DNA of 64,000 bases from Lama glama (Eukaryota), in the NCBI GenBank assembly GCA_028534125.1, contig CM052816.1, positions 2,358,001 through 2,422,000 on the forward strand, read 5' to 3'. Both the position numbers and the translations under genes were made by a program. This document shows, one piece after another, positions 52,736 through 64,000 of this stretch. Within the stretch, counting starts at the first letter, position 1, and the number at the start of each line of letters is the position of its first letter. The notes beneath the pieces were generated by a model. That model saw only the letters and a program-made list of their open reading frames with translations, searched no databases and had not been told where the DNA came from.

Positions 52736-54744
52736 AAATTTATCAATGGTTTCCAAGAGACTCAGGTAGACATTGCTGACAAATACTGAATGTGGATGGG
52801 AGGGGGGGCACTTGGAAGTCAATTCTCAAATAACTCTCCTCCACCAGTGAGCACGTCTGGGCGGGAACGTAACAAAGAGCTCCGTTCGCCGCGTGGTGCC
52901 CAGGATGCTAGGTGTCAGCTCGTAATCGCGGGTTCACCTTTACCTTTCCGTGAAGCACGTTATGTTTTAAGCAATACCTATCAGATCTCGTAAGGCTTGA
53001 TATTTATTGTATTTCAACTATCACTCTTTTTTGTCAAGTGCAGTCTCCTGCACAGCAGGTGAACCTTGATGGTTTAAGGAATAAACAGAAAACTGACGGG
53101 CTCACGCCCATTAGCTAATGCATTACTAAGCAAAAGGGACTGCGTTCCACCCCAGTGCACTTAGCCCAGGGTTGCCAGGCATTTTAAAGACTCCACACTG
53201 AATGCCTCGCGGGCCCAGGGGAAGGGAACTCAAACTCAAGTATGGCTCCTTGGATAGACAGGTGAGTGAACGTGGCGGTCGTCATGTCATCCCACAACTT
53301 AGGAGTTATTTGTTATCGACTGCTCAACACATGCTAGAGACATACTGGAGACACTTGGCCTGCCAGCTTGGTGTGTTTGCGAGCTGTAACCCAGCAAACA
53401 AAAGGCTCCTGATGGGAGAATCACTCAGCCATCTTGCGCGTACTCCCTCCTTCGGTGTCCCAGTATTTCATGGCAAAACATGTAAGGAAAAGTAGGCTCT
53501 TTTTAAAACACATCTCTCTGAAGTAAAGAGGCCTGACGTCCTGTTACCTGGAATGCTTCACACCCTTTGTAAATCAGCCACCTCGCACGTTGTGTGCAGA
53601 CCGTCTTTCCACGGTCTTTAATCAGTTGTTTCAGATATATGCGGCTCATTAGTATCTGAGCAAGGCAATCATTTTTTTTTTCACCCTGAGTCTCATGATT
53701 TTATTGGGCTATTAAGAGCCTGATTTGTGGGCAGTGGGAACAGCAAGAGAACTCAGGCCGCTGATCACATTTTCCAGGAAGTATCCTGGAGAACGAAGAA
53801 ACCAGTAAGTGGAGAACCAGAAACACACCCAGGGGTGGTGCTGGGGGGAGCCAGCACGATGCAGCCAGCCTACAGGGCTCCAGCTCACACAGCAGCCAAA
53901 GCAGAGACTGTCGCCCACTTAGCCGCCCTCGAACACCTTTACGGGGGTCGGGAGCGAAAAGACTGAAAATCACCTGCTTCCAAAGGAGATTCTGGACATG
54001 TTAAACCCCAAAACGGGGCTTCAGAAAAAGGACCAAAAAAACATAGTAAGGAACCATGAAGCCATTTCCTACCAGTCTCACGCTCAGAAAAATCAGTAGC
54101 TAATGACCAACCTCTTGATCAGTGCCCTGATCCAAGGCCAAAGAATCATAGACCCTTGTGAGCTAAAGAGACAAGAGATTATTTTTCTTACGCTCGCACT
54201 TCCAAGAGGAGGAGTGACTCAGGAAAAGGCAGCCTTGTCATACAGCAAGGGCAGAGCTGGCACCAGGCCCCCACCGCCACCCTTGGGTAAGAGCTGTTTT
54301 TCTCACTCCCTCTTTGTGCGCCCCTTGTTTCTGGGGCAGTGAGAACAGAGATGTGTTAAGGGGATATTTAAAGCTGAAATGTTGAATAAAAAAGTCCTCT
54401 ACTTGCTGAGGCGGGTCTCCTAAAATAATATCCAAGAAATATTAAAATATGTCATTTTTAGAAAGCCCATGTAATTCCTAATTTTGAAGTCAATTTAATG
54501 ATGCACCCAGTCATACATGGCTAGAATTCCCTGGAGGGATCAGGAGAAGTTAATTAGCAAACAGGCAAATCCAGGCTCCTCCTTCTGAGCACTAGGAGCC
54601 TCTGATGAGAGAAGCTGTCCTGGTGGAGTCTGGACGTTAGAAAACGCTTGCAGCTATCCAGGCAAGAGATGCTGGCCCTTCCTGACTGCCTCTCTGCCTC
54701 TCTTCTTATTCTGTTTCCTATTAGTGGCAAGTGTGGGCATCTTG

Positions 54745-55315
54745 AGTCACAAATCCGACCATGTAATACTCCATCTTAAATTTTTCTGATAGCTTCTCAT
54801 CTGCTCATCACCCTTAGAAGAAAACACCTGCCTCTTCTTAGGGCCACTGAGCCTTACATGATAGGAGCCTGGCTTATCTCTCCAGGCACATCCTGTACCC
54901 ATCTCCCCTTGGCTCATTATGCTCCAGTGGTATGCCGTGCTCTGTCCCACCACAGGACCTTTGAACTTGCCCTATCCACCGTCTAAAAGGATTTTTCTTC
55001 TTTCTCTTTCTATGTCTGGTACTTTCTTATCCTTTAGGTCTTGGCTCACACGCCACGTTCTCAAATGGACTATCTCTGAATTTCCCAAATCCCAGCCTTT
55101 TCCAATTCAGATATCCTCTACCTCAAGCCCTGTGTTTCTGTCTTCTAGTACTTAGTCCAAAGCTCTGATGATTTTGTCTGTTTACTTGTTTACTTGTTCC
55201 TCCCACTAGAATGCAGGTACCACAGGGCAGAAGCCACGTCTAACTATTGCTTCCTCTGCCCATATTACAGCGCCTCGTGCCAAATAGGTGTTAGGAAGTA
55301 TTTTAGAGGGAATAA
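54745..55315 (+). mobile_element. L2 LINE 3' fragment
   Basis: ccaccacaggacctttgaacttgc...tcctttaggtcttggctca...ctcccactagaatgca...cagggcag...aaataggtg. Confidence 0.75.
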
Positions 55316-55576
55316 AAGAGAACTCACCTTTTGAACAGGGAAGGACAAGGGTTATGCCTACTATTTTCACATAGAGAAACTGAAGTTTAACATTTTTCCA
55401 AGTGGATCAAGAGCTGTAACTTAATTTCCCAGGATTCCTGGTGCTATGTGATTGGCAGGGGTTTCCCAGAGGCTGCACCTCTAAGCAAAGATGCTAGAAA
55501 GGGCTCCTGCAGACGTCCTGAAGCAAGGGAGAACCTGCCAAGCTTTTGGAAGACTTTCTGAGGCTGTATCAAGTAG

Positions 55577-55644
55577 CCCTCCTCATCCTCCCCCTCCTCC
55601 TCCACCTCCTCCTCCCTCTCCCCTCCTCCTCCTTCTTCTTTTTC
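55577..55644. repeat. (CCT)n-like polypyrimidine low-complexity tract
   Basis: Read directly from the sequence. Confidence 0.9.
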
Positions 55645-58600
55645 ATAGCTTTAGATCTAAGGAGAATTTTTCTGAGCCAGCCTTATTCATTTGAGAGAGA
55701 AATTTTATTCTGCAATCTATCTTCTATGCCTCCCCCTGTACTTCTTTTAATCTCTCCAGTCTACAGAATGACAACATAAAAACAAGGTCAAAATGAGGAA
55801 GAAATGTTCATTTCCCTTATATAATTCATAGCATCTTTATGTGCTTCTCCCTTTTAATAATGTAGGCTATGCAATGTGTTTCCCTTTTTGCTTTGGCTTC
55901 TAGGGAGCTCAGGAGAAAATTTAAAGTTCAACCACAAAATTTTAAGAACAGCATTGCTTGCTCCATATAGGTTCTTATCGTTCCCAATTTTAAATATATT
56001 GGCTATAAATTAAAGTTAGCTTAGAAAATGTATCTATTGTTCTTCCTTCTCAATTACTCTGTTCATCCAGTGAGATGACCGGAAGAATGTCTCTCACTGC
56101 CACCCTTTAATTTTGGCTATAAATGACCACCTCATTCCATTTCACTTCATTTTCTGAGCCGTTATGCGACAGATCTGCTTTCATAAGAAGAAATCTGTTC
56201 TAATGGCAGTGCATAGAAATAGAAGATGAATAATAAAAGAAGCAAAGATTAATATTTACCATGCGCTGGGTGTTGTGCACACATTAGTTCAACTGTGTCT
56301 CTTAATAACACTAATGTAATTCACCCAAGGACCTGGAAACTTAGAGAAGTTCTTTAATTTGCATAAGGCCACTGAGCTGTTAGGTAAGTGCAGAACTGGG
56401 TCTGATTCCAAAGCTCGTGTTTTTAATCACAGTGCTAATTCAAAGACTGTAACCTGCCACGGAAATGATCTGAAAGACTGCTAAAAGGAACTGCTTAGTA
56501 AGGTCCTAGTCACCAGCATTAACTATGGACACTGTTGCCAATGGCTCCTGAAATGGTAGAAAAGTTATTCAGTCTCTAAGCAAAGGACAGGTTAATTAAG
56601 CTGGTTAACTGGCTGCAACTAATACTTAAAAAGGTGGGGAGAGCTGGTTTAATAGTGGCTGCACATTCCTCTTCCCTTCCAGATTCCCCTTCTACGTGTC
56701 ATTCCCTGCACGGTCCAAGTCACAAGTTCTTAAAATGGCTGCGACAGGATGCGAAGCAAAGACAAAGAGAAGTTTCCTTCAGGCTTTCTTGTTTCAAAAG
56801 TCCTTACAAAGAGGGTTCTGGGCATTCACAAAATGTCCCGGAAAGACAGCAGGAGAAAAGCCAAGAGGCTCCGGAAGAAGTGGGCTTCCTCTAAAGACCA
56901 AAACGTTCCCCTGGGCTTGAGGAAATGGAGAGGTGGAGGGGATCTGGTGAGGCAGAACTGGGGAGGGGTCCCAGAGAAGGGCCCTGTCCTCTGCCTCCTC
57001 AGGATGCCCAAGTCCCCCAGAGAGAGAGTGGCCGGTGGGGAACGAGACAGACAGGGCCAGACCGCCTGGTAGGGATTTCCAAATCCCCGTGAGAAACCTG
57101 GTCCCCGAACAGCACCCCTGCCCTCACAAGCAGACCAGCGAGCCGGCAGGGCGGAGGGTGACGCCGAGCCGCACAGGGGTGCCTCAGCAGCATCCGGCCT
57201 GGCCCCCAGCTGAGGACCACACGGCCACGGGAGCTCAGAACAGACGCTGAGAACGAGGAGCAGGGAAATGACCTCCCAAAGTTCTGGGAACCATGCTGAC
57301 CGTGTGGAACTGAAACTCACCCTGGGGGAAGAGGGGTCGAGGAAACTCAGGTTTCTGCCTCATCACGGGATGGTCTGTGAAACCAAAACTTTAGTAAAAA
57401 GGGAAAGTTTACTTCTTGCACATCGGAGGGTATGGACGCAAGGCTGCGGCTGCTGTGCCCATTTCCACAGGGCCTTGGGTTACTTCCTGCACTGGAGACC
57501 CCGTATCTAAACGGGGACTCGGAGATACCCTACCCACCAAGTGCGGCAGGAACACCCGAGCGTCTGCCCACATTCTCACAGTTCGCAAGGGCGAACTGTC
57601 TTCATACAGACAGACACAAGCAACTGTGGTCTGCAGACATCAGAGCTGGCTAGCCCACATAATCAGACTGCAGCCCCGACAGCACGGAGGCTCCGTCAGA
57701 CGTGTGTGGGTGCGCAGCTGCCACTTCCATCCGCAAAGCCTCTCCATCCAATTTAAACCGAGTTTCAAGTTGATTTTGGAGAAAATTTATACAGTTTACA
57801 GGTTTAAAGCCTTGGCTTCATCCCAGAGGACAAGCAGGCGAGGGGAAGGGAGGGAGGCACTGCCGACATTATGGAGAAGAGAGAAAATGGAGGCAGCCCC
57901 AGGAGACAGGGAGGAATGAGACCGGAGATGCAAAGAGGGCAGATGACAACGGTCAGATCAGTTTCATCACTCCGCTCTGCCTCCACCTGCTCCCGACTTC
58001 TCTGAAAAACTGTCCTTTGGGGCCCAAACTTTCCCTGTTTCATCTCAGCCCAAAGGCGAGTGGGCAGAAAGTTTGAGCAAAATTGTTTCAGGCATCTTGG
58101 AGTTACGCATGCAGGCAATGAAATGACATTGTTTCCGCTTCCGAAATAAATAGAAGAGTTTTTGGTCACGGAGAGCTCGGGAGTGAGAACTAGGAAACGG
58201 CTGAACCTTCCAACTCCGGGAGTCCCGCATCCCTGCATCCCTGGTAAGCATCGAACCTCAGAGCCTTGGGAGATCTGAATCAAGAAGATGCAGGAGTTTG
58301 AGGGGGGGCAGGGAAGTAAAGCAGATTCTGCTAGCAAAGCGAAACTTTTTCAGTTCAGATTCCATAATTACTGGGGGGACGGAAACCACAGGCCAGTTCT
58401 TACACTCTCATCCCTACCCTCTTCTGTTCAACCACTGAACACAACAAAATTCCCTTGGTCAGGCCTCCAGCTCCTTATAATTTTCCAGATAAACTGTATG
58501 GTTCCAAATGGACAAAGCTTTGTGCTTTTCCTTCTGTTTCTTTCCCTTCACAAATAAATGGCTATTTTAAACACAGCATCTTTAAACACAAAAAAACTGA

Positions 58601-61600
58601 CATGTATCTCTAAATCCAGAGAAACAGCAACTGCAAAGAAGACGCACAAGATGGTTTGTGTACTATGCAGAGGCTGAGAAGCCAGCACAAGGCATGTTGT
58701 CTGGGCAAAATTCTACCCCTGGTGTTTCTTCATCAGAAAGTGTCTCATGGGTCCGAGATGGCAATATTTGGCGCAGGTTATATAGCTGTGATGGTGTCTT
58801 TTCTAGTCTCAACAGTCCTTATCAATTTAGCCAAAACATAATCTGGAAAATGGGCTATCCAGTACCTACTTCCCACTCCGTGTCCATGTGGCACCATCGC
58901 GAACTTCAAAACATGCCTTACCCTCTCCCATGCTGCCCTGCAGAGGAGCTACAAAAGGGCAGAGAGGCAGGCCCACGTGCATGCATGAGAAATGCGCTTT
59001 AAACATCTCAGTCTATTACCTGTCTGGGTCTGGCAGGCGGCAAGCACCTGACTGCTCCTGCGAAACCTCCCTCCTGCCCTCCCACCCTTTGATATGCAAC
59101 GAGCTGAGGCCAAATCAGCCACTATAATTTCAATTGTGGGCGTCTTTGGAGACGAGTGCTTTGGCAGAGAGGTGCCAGGGCCCCAAATTGGACTCCATAA
59201 TGAAGCCCTCAAAGCTAAGCAATTTTGCAGAATTTAATGGGCTTTGGGGGACAATTTTACAGGCTGATTTCCTGGAGCACAAAAATTCAAATTGCTCAGC
59301 CCCTATTTGAAGGCACATCTGAAGGTGCACCCTACAACCCGTGTGTAGCAGGCTCTTTTGAATCTTGTCCTTGAAACAAAAAAAGAGGGGAAAAGGAAAA
59401 AGAAATGCGGGGCCCCCTGGGATTTTGCCAGCAGAGACTCTGGGTAAGTGCGAGTGACTGCAAAGCCCTGCCAGGAGGCCTTGGGGCTGGAGGGAGGAAG
59501 CGGATGAGAGAGACCGGAGATGAGAAGGGCCTTCAGCAGCCATTGGGGAGGCGGTGGTGCGGGAGAAGAAAGGGAGACACGCACTAAAAACAACAGAAAC
59601 ACAGGTGGAAACGGCCTTGTGGGAAATCAGCCTGTCAACAAACAAAGCTGGAGGCTAGAAACCGCTGCCTCACCAGCCCGGCTCCTGGGCAAGGAGATTG
59701 TTCTGTAAATAAATCAGCGGTGGCTTTGACTGCTTGGAAATTAATACTGACACCATGAAAGCTGCAAATGACTCCCTTTTATCAGGAGCAGAAGCGCTAC
59801 ACTTCGCAAAGGGATCTTTTTGCCATTCCGCCTTTTATTTTGCTTTGTTTTCTCCAGGAAAGTAAATTAGAGCTACTTACATCAGCAGCTCAGGTTAAAG
59901 AAAGGGGAAGAAGAAAGAGAGAGAGAAAAAACAGTTTCATTTCATGTACCACTGGTTTAGAACTTCATTTAGAGCTAATCACAGCCCCATCTTCCTCCGA
60001 GCCGTTTCTGACAGTAGAACAGCCTACATCGCCAATCAGAAGACACAGCCGCCCTGAGCTTGGCTGGAAATGAACCAAAGGGCTAGGCAGAGGGTCTCGA
60101 GATTTCTGTCCATGGTCAGGGAAGTTCAGTTTCTGAAAAGAGGAATTAACTTGTAGTCAAGTAAGCCGGGAACTAATCGTTAAGATCTGCCCTGGCTCTT
60201 CCAGAGGATCTCAGCCATGTCCTTCAGCTCTGGCTCTTCCTCCAGAAAGGTGGCTGAATTTTCCCCATCAGAAGATAGGACGGGAACGGCCCCAAGTTTA
60301 TTCAGTGGAATAACTGCCTTATAAATGTGACTCAAACAGGCAAAGACCCCGAAACTGTAATCATGTTTATACCCTGGTGAGAAATCACGATTTCCTTCTT
60401 TCTTCTCCAATTCTACCCTACCAACCACCCTTCCCCTCAAACAAAATAGACCAGAGATCTTAAAGAATCAGGCATCATTAGGAAAATTAGCACATTACAA
60501 TTTCTATCATCCAATATCCTATTAGTTAAAGGTGTCCCTTAACAATTTCCATACTTTAATGGTGAACTCAAAATCGGTGGAAGTAAAAAGGATTTCAAAG
60601 TCTCATAAATTCTTCAAGTACGTTCTGGGCTATCAAAGGTGCAATTATTTGATCTAATTTTACAGGAAATTACAAGTTGTCTCCTTATGCCCTGGAAAAA
60701 CAATAATCCATATATAATGGTTATGATGACTATATTATAGCCAGAATTCTAGATTAGTGAGCCTGACTCCCACACCACCAGAAATCAGAGGCTTTACTGC
60801 ACGTTAATTCTTCAGCTGGTAGACAGACAAGCCTACGAGGACTCCTTTTGCTACTTTGTGAGAGTTGCAAACTCCCAAGTAGACAAGAAACAAAAGTCGG
60901 AAGAAAACTCAGCCCTTGGACATGCAGCAAAGAAAAAGGATTTTAATGGACCCAGCAGGGATCACCCTCAAGGCAGCACTGCAAGTTGGTGGGTTGAAGT
61001 AAAATAAAGGAACTTCGACTTGCTGCAGAGGTCCCTCAAACTTTGAGAACTGAGAAGCACCTGGCAGTTAACTGCTGCTGGAAGCGAGACAAGGAAAGCA
61101 GAGGAAAGAAAGTGGACTTGGGTCAAGGATGTTGGGCGCATTAGCGGTGAGCCACAGTGACAGCAAAGTGATGCGTGTTGCAGCAACAGAGGTGTCCTGC
61201 TGTCTCTCCAACCCGACACTGCGGAAGAGAGCTCTTACCGGGAAGGGCCTCTCTTTCCTGTGAGGGCACCAGGAAGGATGTATGTACACTGGGGTGCAGG
61301 GGCTGGGAGCCTCTCTGCACAGCTGCTTCATGGGAAACAGACCAATCCACCAGATGAGCAATTCCGAATAACCAAGTTGTCAAATTGTAAAGTTGACAGA
61401 ATTCATACTGATGAGCCAGTTTCTCCAGGCTTTGAGGGTCTATTTGGTTCAGACTTGCAGCTTCGGCAATTAGGAAAGCTGTCATAGATTGGTGAAAATG
61501 AACATGCATATAAAGCCACGATTTGGAAAACAAATGGAGCCCACGCACAATAAAGGGATGCAAATTAGCACAGAACTGTATTTAAAAGGCACGGATATCC

Positions 61601-62559
61601 TTGTGCCTGAATGGTTGAGCCTAGTTTGGGTTTTGAAATTCGAATTCCTCACAGAATATACATTTAATCAAGATAGTTTAACAAATCATTGAACTAAAAG
61701 ATGATGGAAACTCAGTAGACTGGACTCGCATAAAGCTTTAGAAGGTAATTTCAGTCTTTTATATAAACCTGGACTCACAATGTGCACACGGCTCCTAATT
61801 TAGAATATAAAAGGAGTTTTCATTCTGAAAATTCAGAGGCTCCAAAGAACAGGGCAACGTAGGCTGTAGGCTGGTCTCCGATGAGTGCCCTGGCACAATG
61901 GCCTGACTGACTCTTCCAGACCTGGTTTAGGGCATTTGTCTGAGTTTTTGGTGACTTGGCAACTTGTCAGACTGGTCTTTTTGTGAAAATTGACCTAGAG
62001 TCTGCCGAGTGGCCCGCAAATGCACAAGAGGACTGCGCTGAACGCACCTGTCTGGCGTAGGGTGGGGTGACCAGCAGGAGCTCACTTAAAAGGGTCCAAA
62101 CAGCAAAACGCTGTTGCATCTCAGAAGCCACTCCCACTAGGAGGCCTCACGTCTGGACAGAGAATAGAAGAATTCCAAAGCTGTACGAAATTTAAAAGAA
62201 GATGCACACGTGGATACAACTCGTAAATCATGACAATATCCCTGGGTAACTTAATACGTAATACTTGTCCGTCTCTGACGTAAGACAGCAATTTAGGACC
62301 AGATGATGACACATGACGCTTCCGAGCTTTTCTGGGAACAATGCAAGCGTTAGAAAATACTCTCTACCTGTGCATAAAGGACAAGGGCTGCTTTCCACGT
62401 CCTTCGCACGCTTTGACAAACCTGCAGAGCCTGGACTGCTAAGCCCTGGAAGCGTGTCCGAGATTCGGACCGCTCAGCAAAGACCGCCAGTTGCCCGTAG
62501 AATGCCTTTGTGCACATCAGAAAATGACACCTGTTCCTTCGAGATGCTTTCCCTGCAAT

Positions 62560-62716
62560 GCACTAATGCTGCTCTAAGTGGATACTTTACTGCCATGCGC
62601 AGAAAAATTCTCATAATAATTTTACCAATCTGTGATGTTGACTGTGTGAGCTGTGCTCCCTTACATATGACATCGTGTGCAGTGTACAACCTGCACAACC
62701 GTCTATGGAGGTACTG
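62560..62716. mobile_element. Possible hAT-type DNA transposon remnant (MER91-like)
   Basis: The end tgtgcagtgtacaacctgcacaaccgtctatggaggtactg resembles the MER91 terminus as I recall it. The left boundary is uncertain. Confidence 0.4.
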
Positions 62717-63514
62717 GACCCAGGGGCAAAATACGGATGGGAAGGTGAGACACAGACCTTGGGAGACCAGCTGTAACGGCGGAGGACACTATACATAATT
62801 GGTCTGAGGTCAGAGGAGGGACACCAGCTTGAGAGGATATGGATTACTGATAACTCTACAAGGTCTTTCCCAACGACTACGGCTAGCCTAGAATAGAGTC
62901 AGAACTACCCCAGTTCCTCTCCAGGAATACGGTTATTCTGATTTCCTAATTCTGCTAATATTTCAGAGTCTCTTTTGACTTCCATTTTCCATGATTTAAG
63001 CCCGATACTTCTCCCTCAAAGCGATCATCTCCCCTTCTAAGTTATTCATAATATTTGTCATGCATAAGACATGCGTTGGCATGACTGCAGTTGATGACTG
63101 CAATTCATAGTTAACATTCTGGTTCAACCGTTTGCTAACTTTCCAAAATGTCCAGTTCAGAATTCCTGGTCATTTGGCAGAGATTTTGAACTGGAGTCTC
63201 TTCTGTGAGGAAGCCCTTTACATCAGCACTCACTCAGTACCGTTCTTACCCCATGCATCTTATATAACAAATTTGTACATATTGGGGGATTCACAGATGT
63301 CTCCGGACTTACTCCTTTTGAATGTCAAGAGTCTATTCTATATTCAGTTCCGTTGTTAAAAACATACCATCTTATACTGTATAACATTCATTTGTGTGAG
63401 TCTTACCTTCCCTTTGAGGGCAGGAATCATGTCATATATATTTTTTCTTTTTTCCCAATACTTAAAGCATATAAAAATTATTCTCAACATTTACTGAGTT
63501 AAGAATTCACTCTG

Positions 63515-64000
63515 TTCTACCAAACATACAAAGAAGAACTCATACCAGTCCTTCTCAAACTCTTCCATAAGATTGAAAAGGGGGGAATACTCCCAAACTC
63601 ATTCTATGAAGCCACCATCACCCTGATACCAAAACCAGGCAAAGACACCACCTAAAAAGAGAATGATAGGCCAATATCACTGATGAACATAGATGCAAAA
63701 ATCCTTGCCAAAGTATTAGCAAACAGAATCCAACAGCACATAAAAAAGATTATATGTCATGATCAAGTGGGGTTCATCCCAGGGACAAAAGAGTGGTTCA
63801 ACATACTCAAATCAATCAATGTAATACATCACATCAACAAGAGAAAGGACAAAAACCACATGATCATCTCAATAGATGCAGAAAAAGCATTTGATAAAAT
63901 TCAACACTCATTTATGATAAAAACTCTCACCAAAGTGGGTATAGAAGGAACATATCTCAACATCATAAAAGCTATATATGACAAACCTACAGCCAGCATA
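63515..64000 (+). mobile_element. 5'-truncated L1, ORF2 Z/reverse-transcriptase region, inactivated; runs off the window
   Basis: Translates [63 protein letters not shown]...[11 protein letters not shown]...IYDKPTASI, with an in-frame TAA at 63653-63655. Confidence 0.97.

Overview
Mammalian genomic DNA, probably camelid judging by the young L1 3'-end sequence (inference). It holds the 3' part of EBF1 (COE/Olf-1 family transcription factor) on the + strand. Six GT-AG coding exons can be read, with phases that join in frame: 11413-11501, 27518-27583, 28538-28715, 29274-29453, 33415-33609 and 40699-40730. They encode the HLH region with its duplicated helix 2 and the Ser/Thr/Pro-rich C-terminal domain ending ISGMIVPPM*. 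A ~3.2 kb 3'UTR follows, ending near 43890. The rest is intron and gene-free downstream DNA with old repeats (MIR, L2, L1M, MaLR), a few younger L1 fragments, enhancer-like blocks and a 500-N gap. Almost all ORFs in the supplied track are chance frames. I found no new gene system. The best leads are: (1) a hidden alternative penultimate exon (33828-33895) giving an EBF4-like C-terminus, apparently carrying a 1-nt frameshift here; (2) an exon with 59 of 60 codons ending in G/C next to a nearly T-free acceptor tract; (3) a candidate poison acceptor before the duplicated-helix exon; (4) a consensus CTCF site just past the poly(A) signal; (5) a TATA/CpG element deep in an intron. Exon numbers follow the human 16-exon model from memory, and repeat boundaries are approximate.
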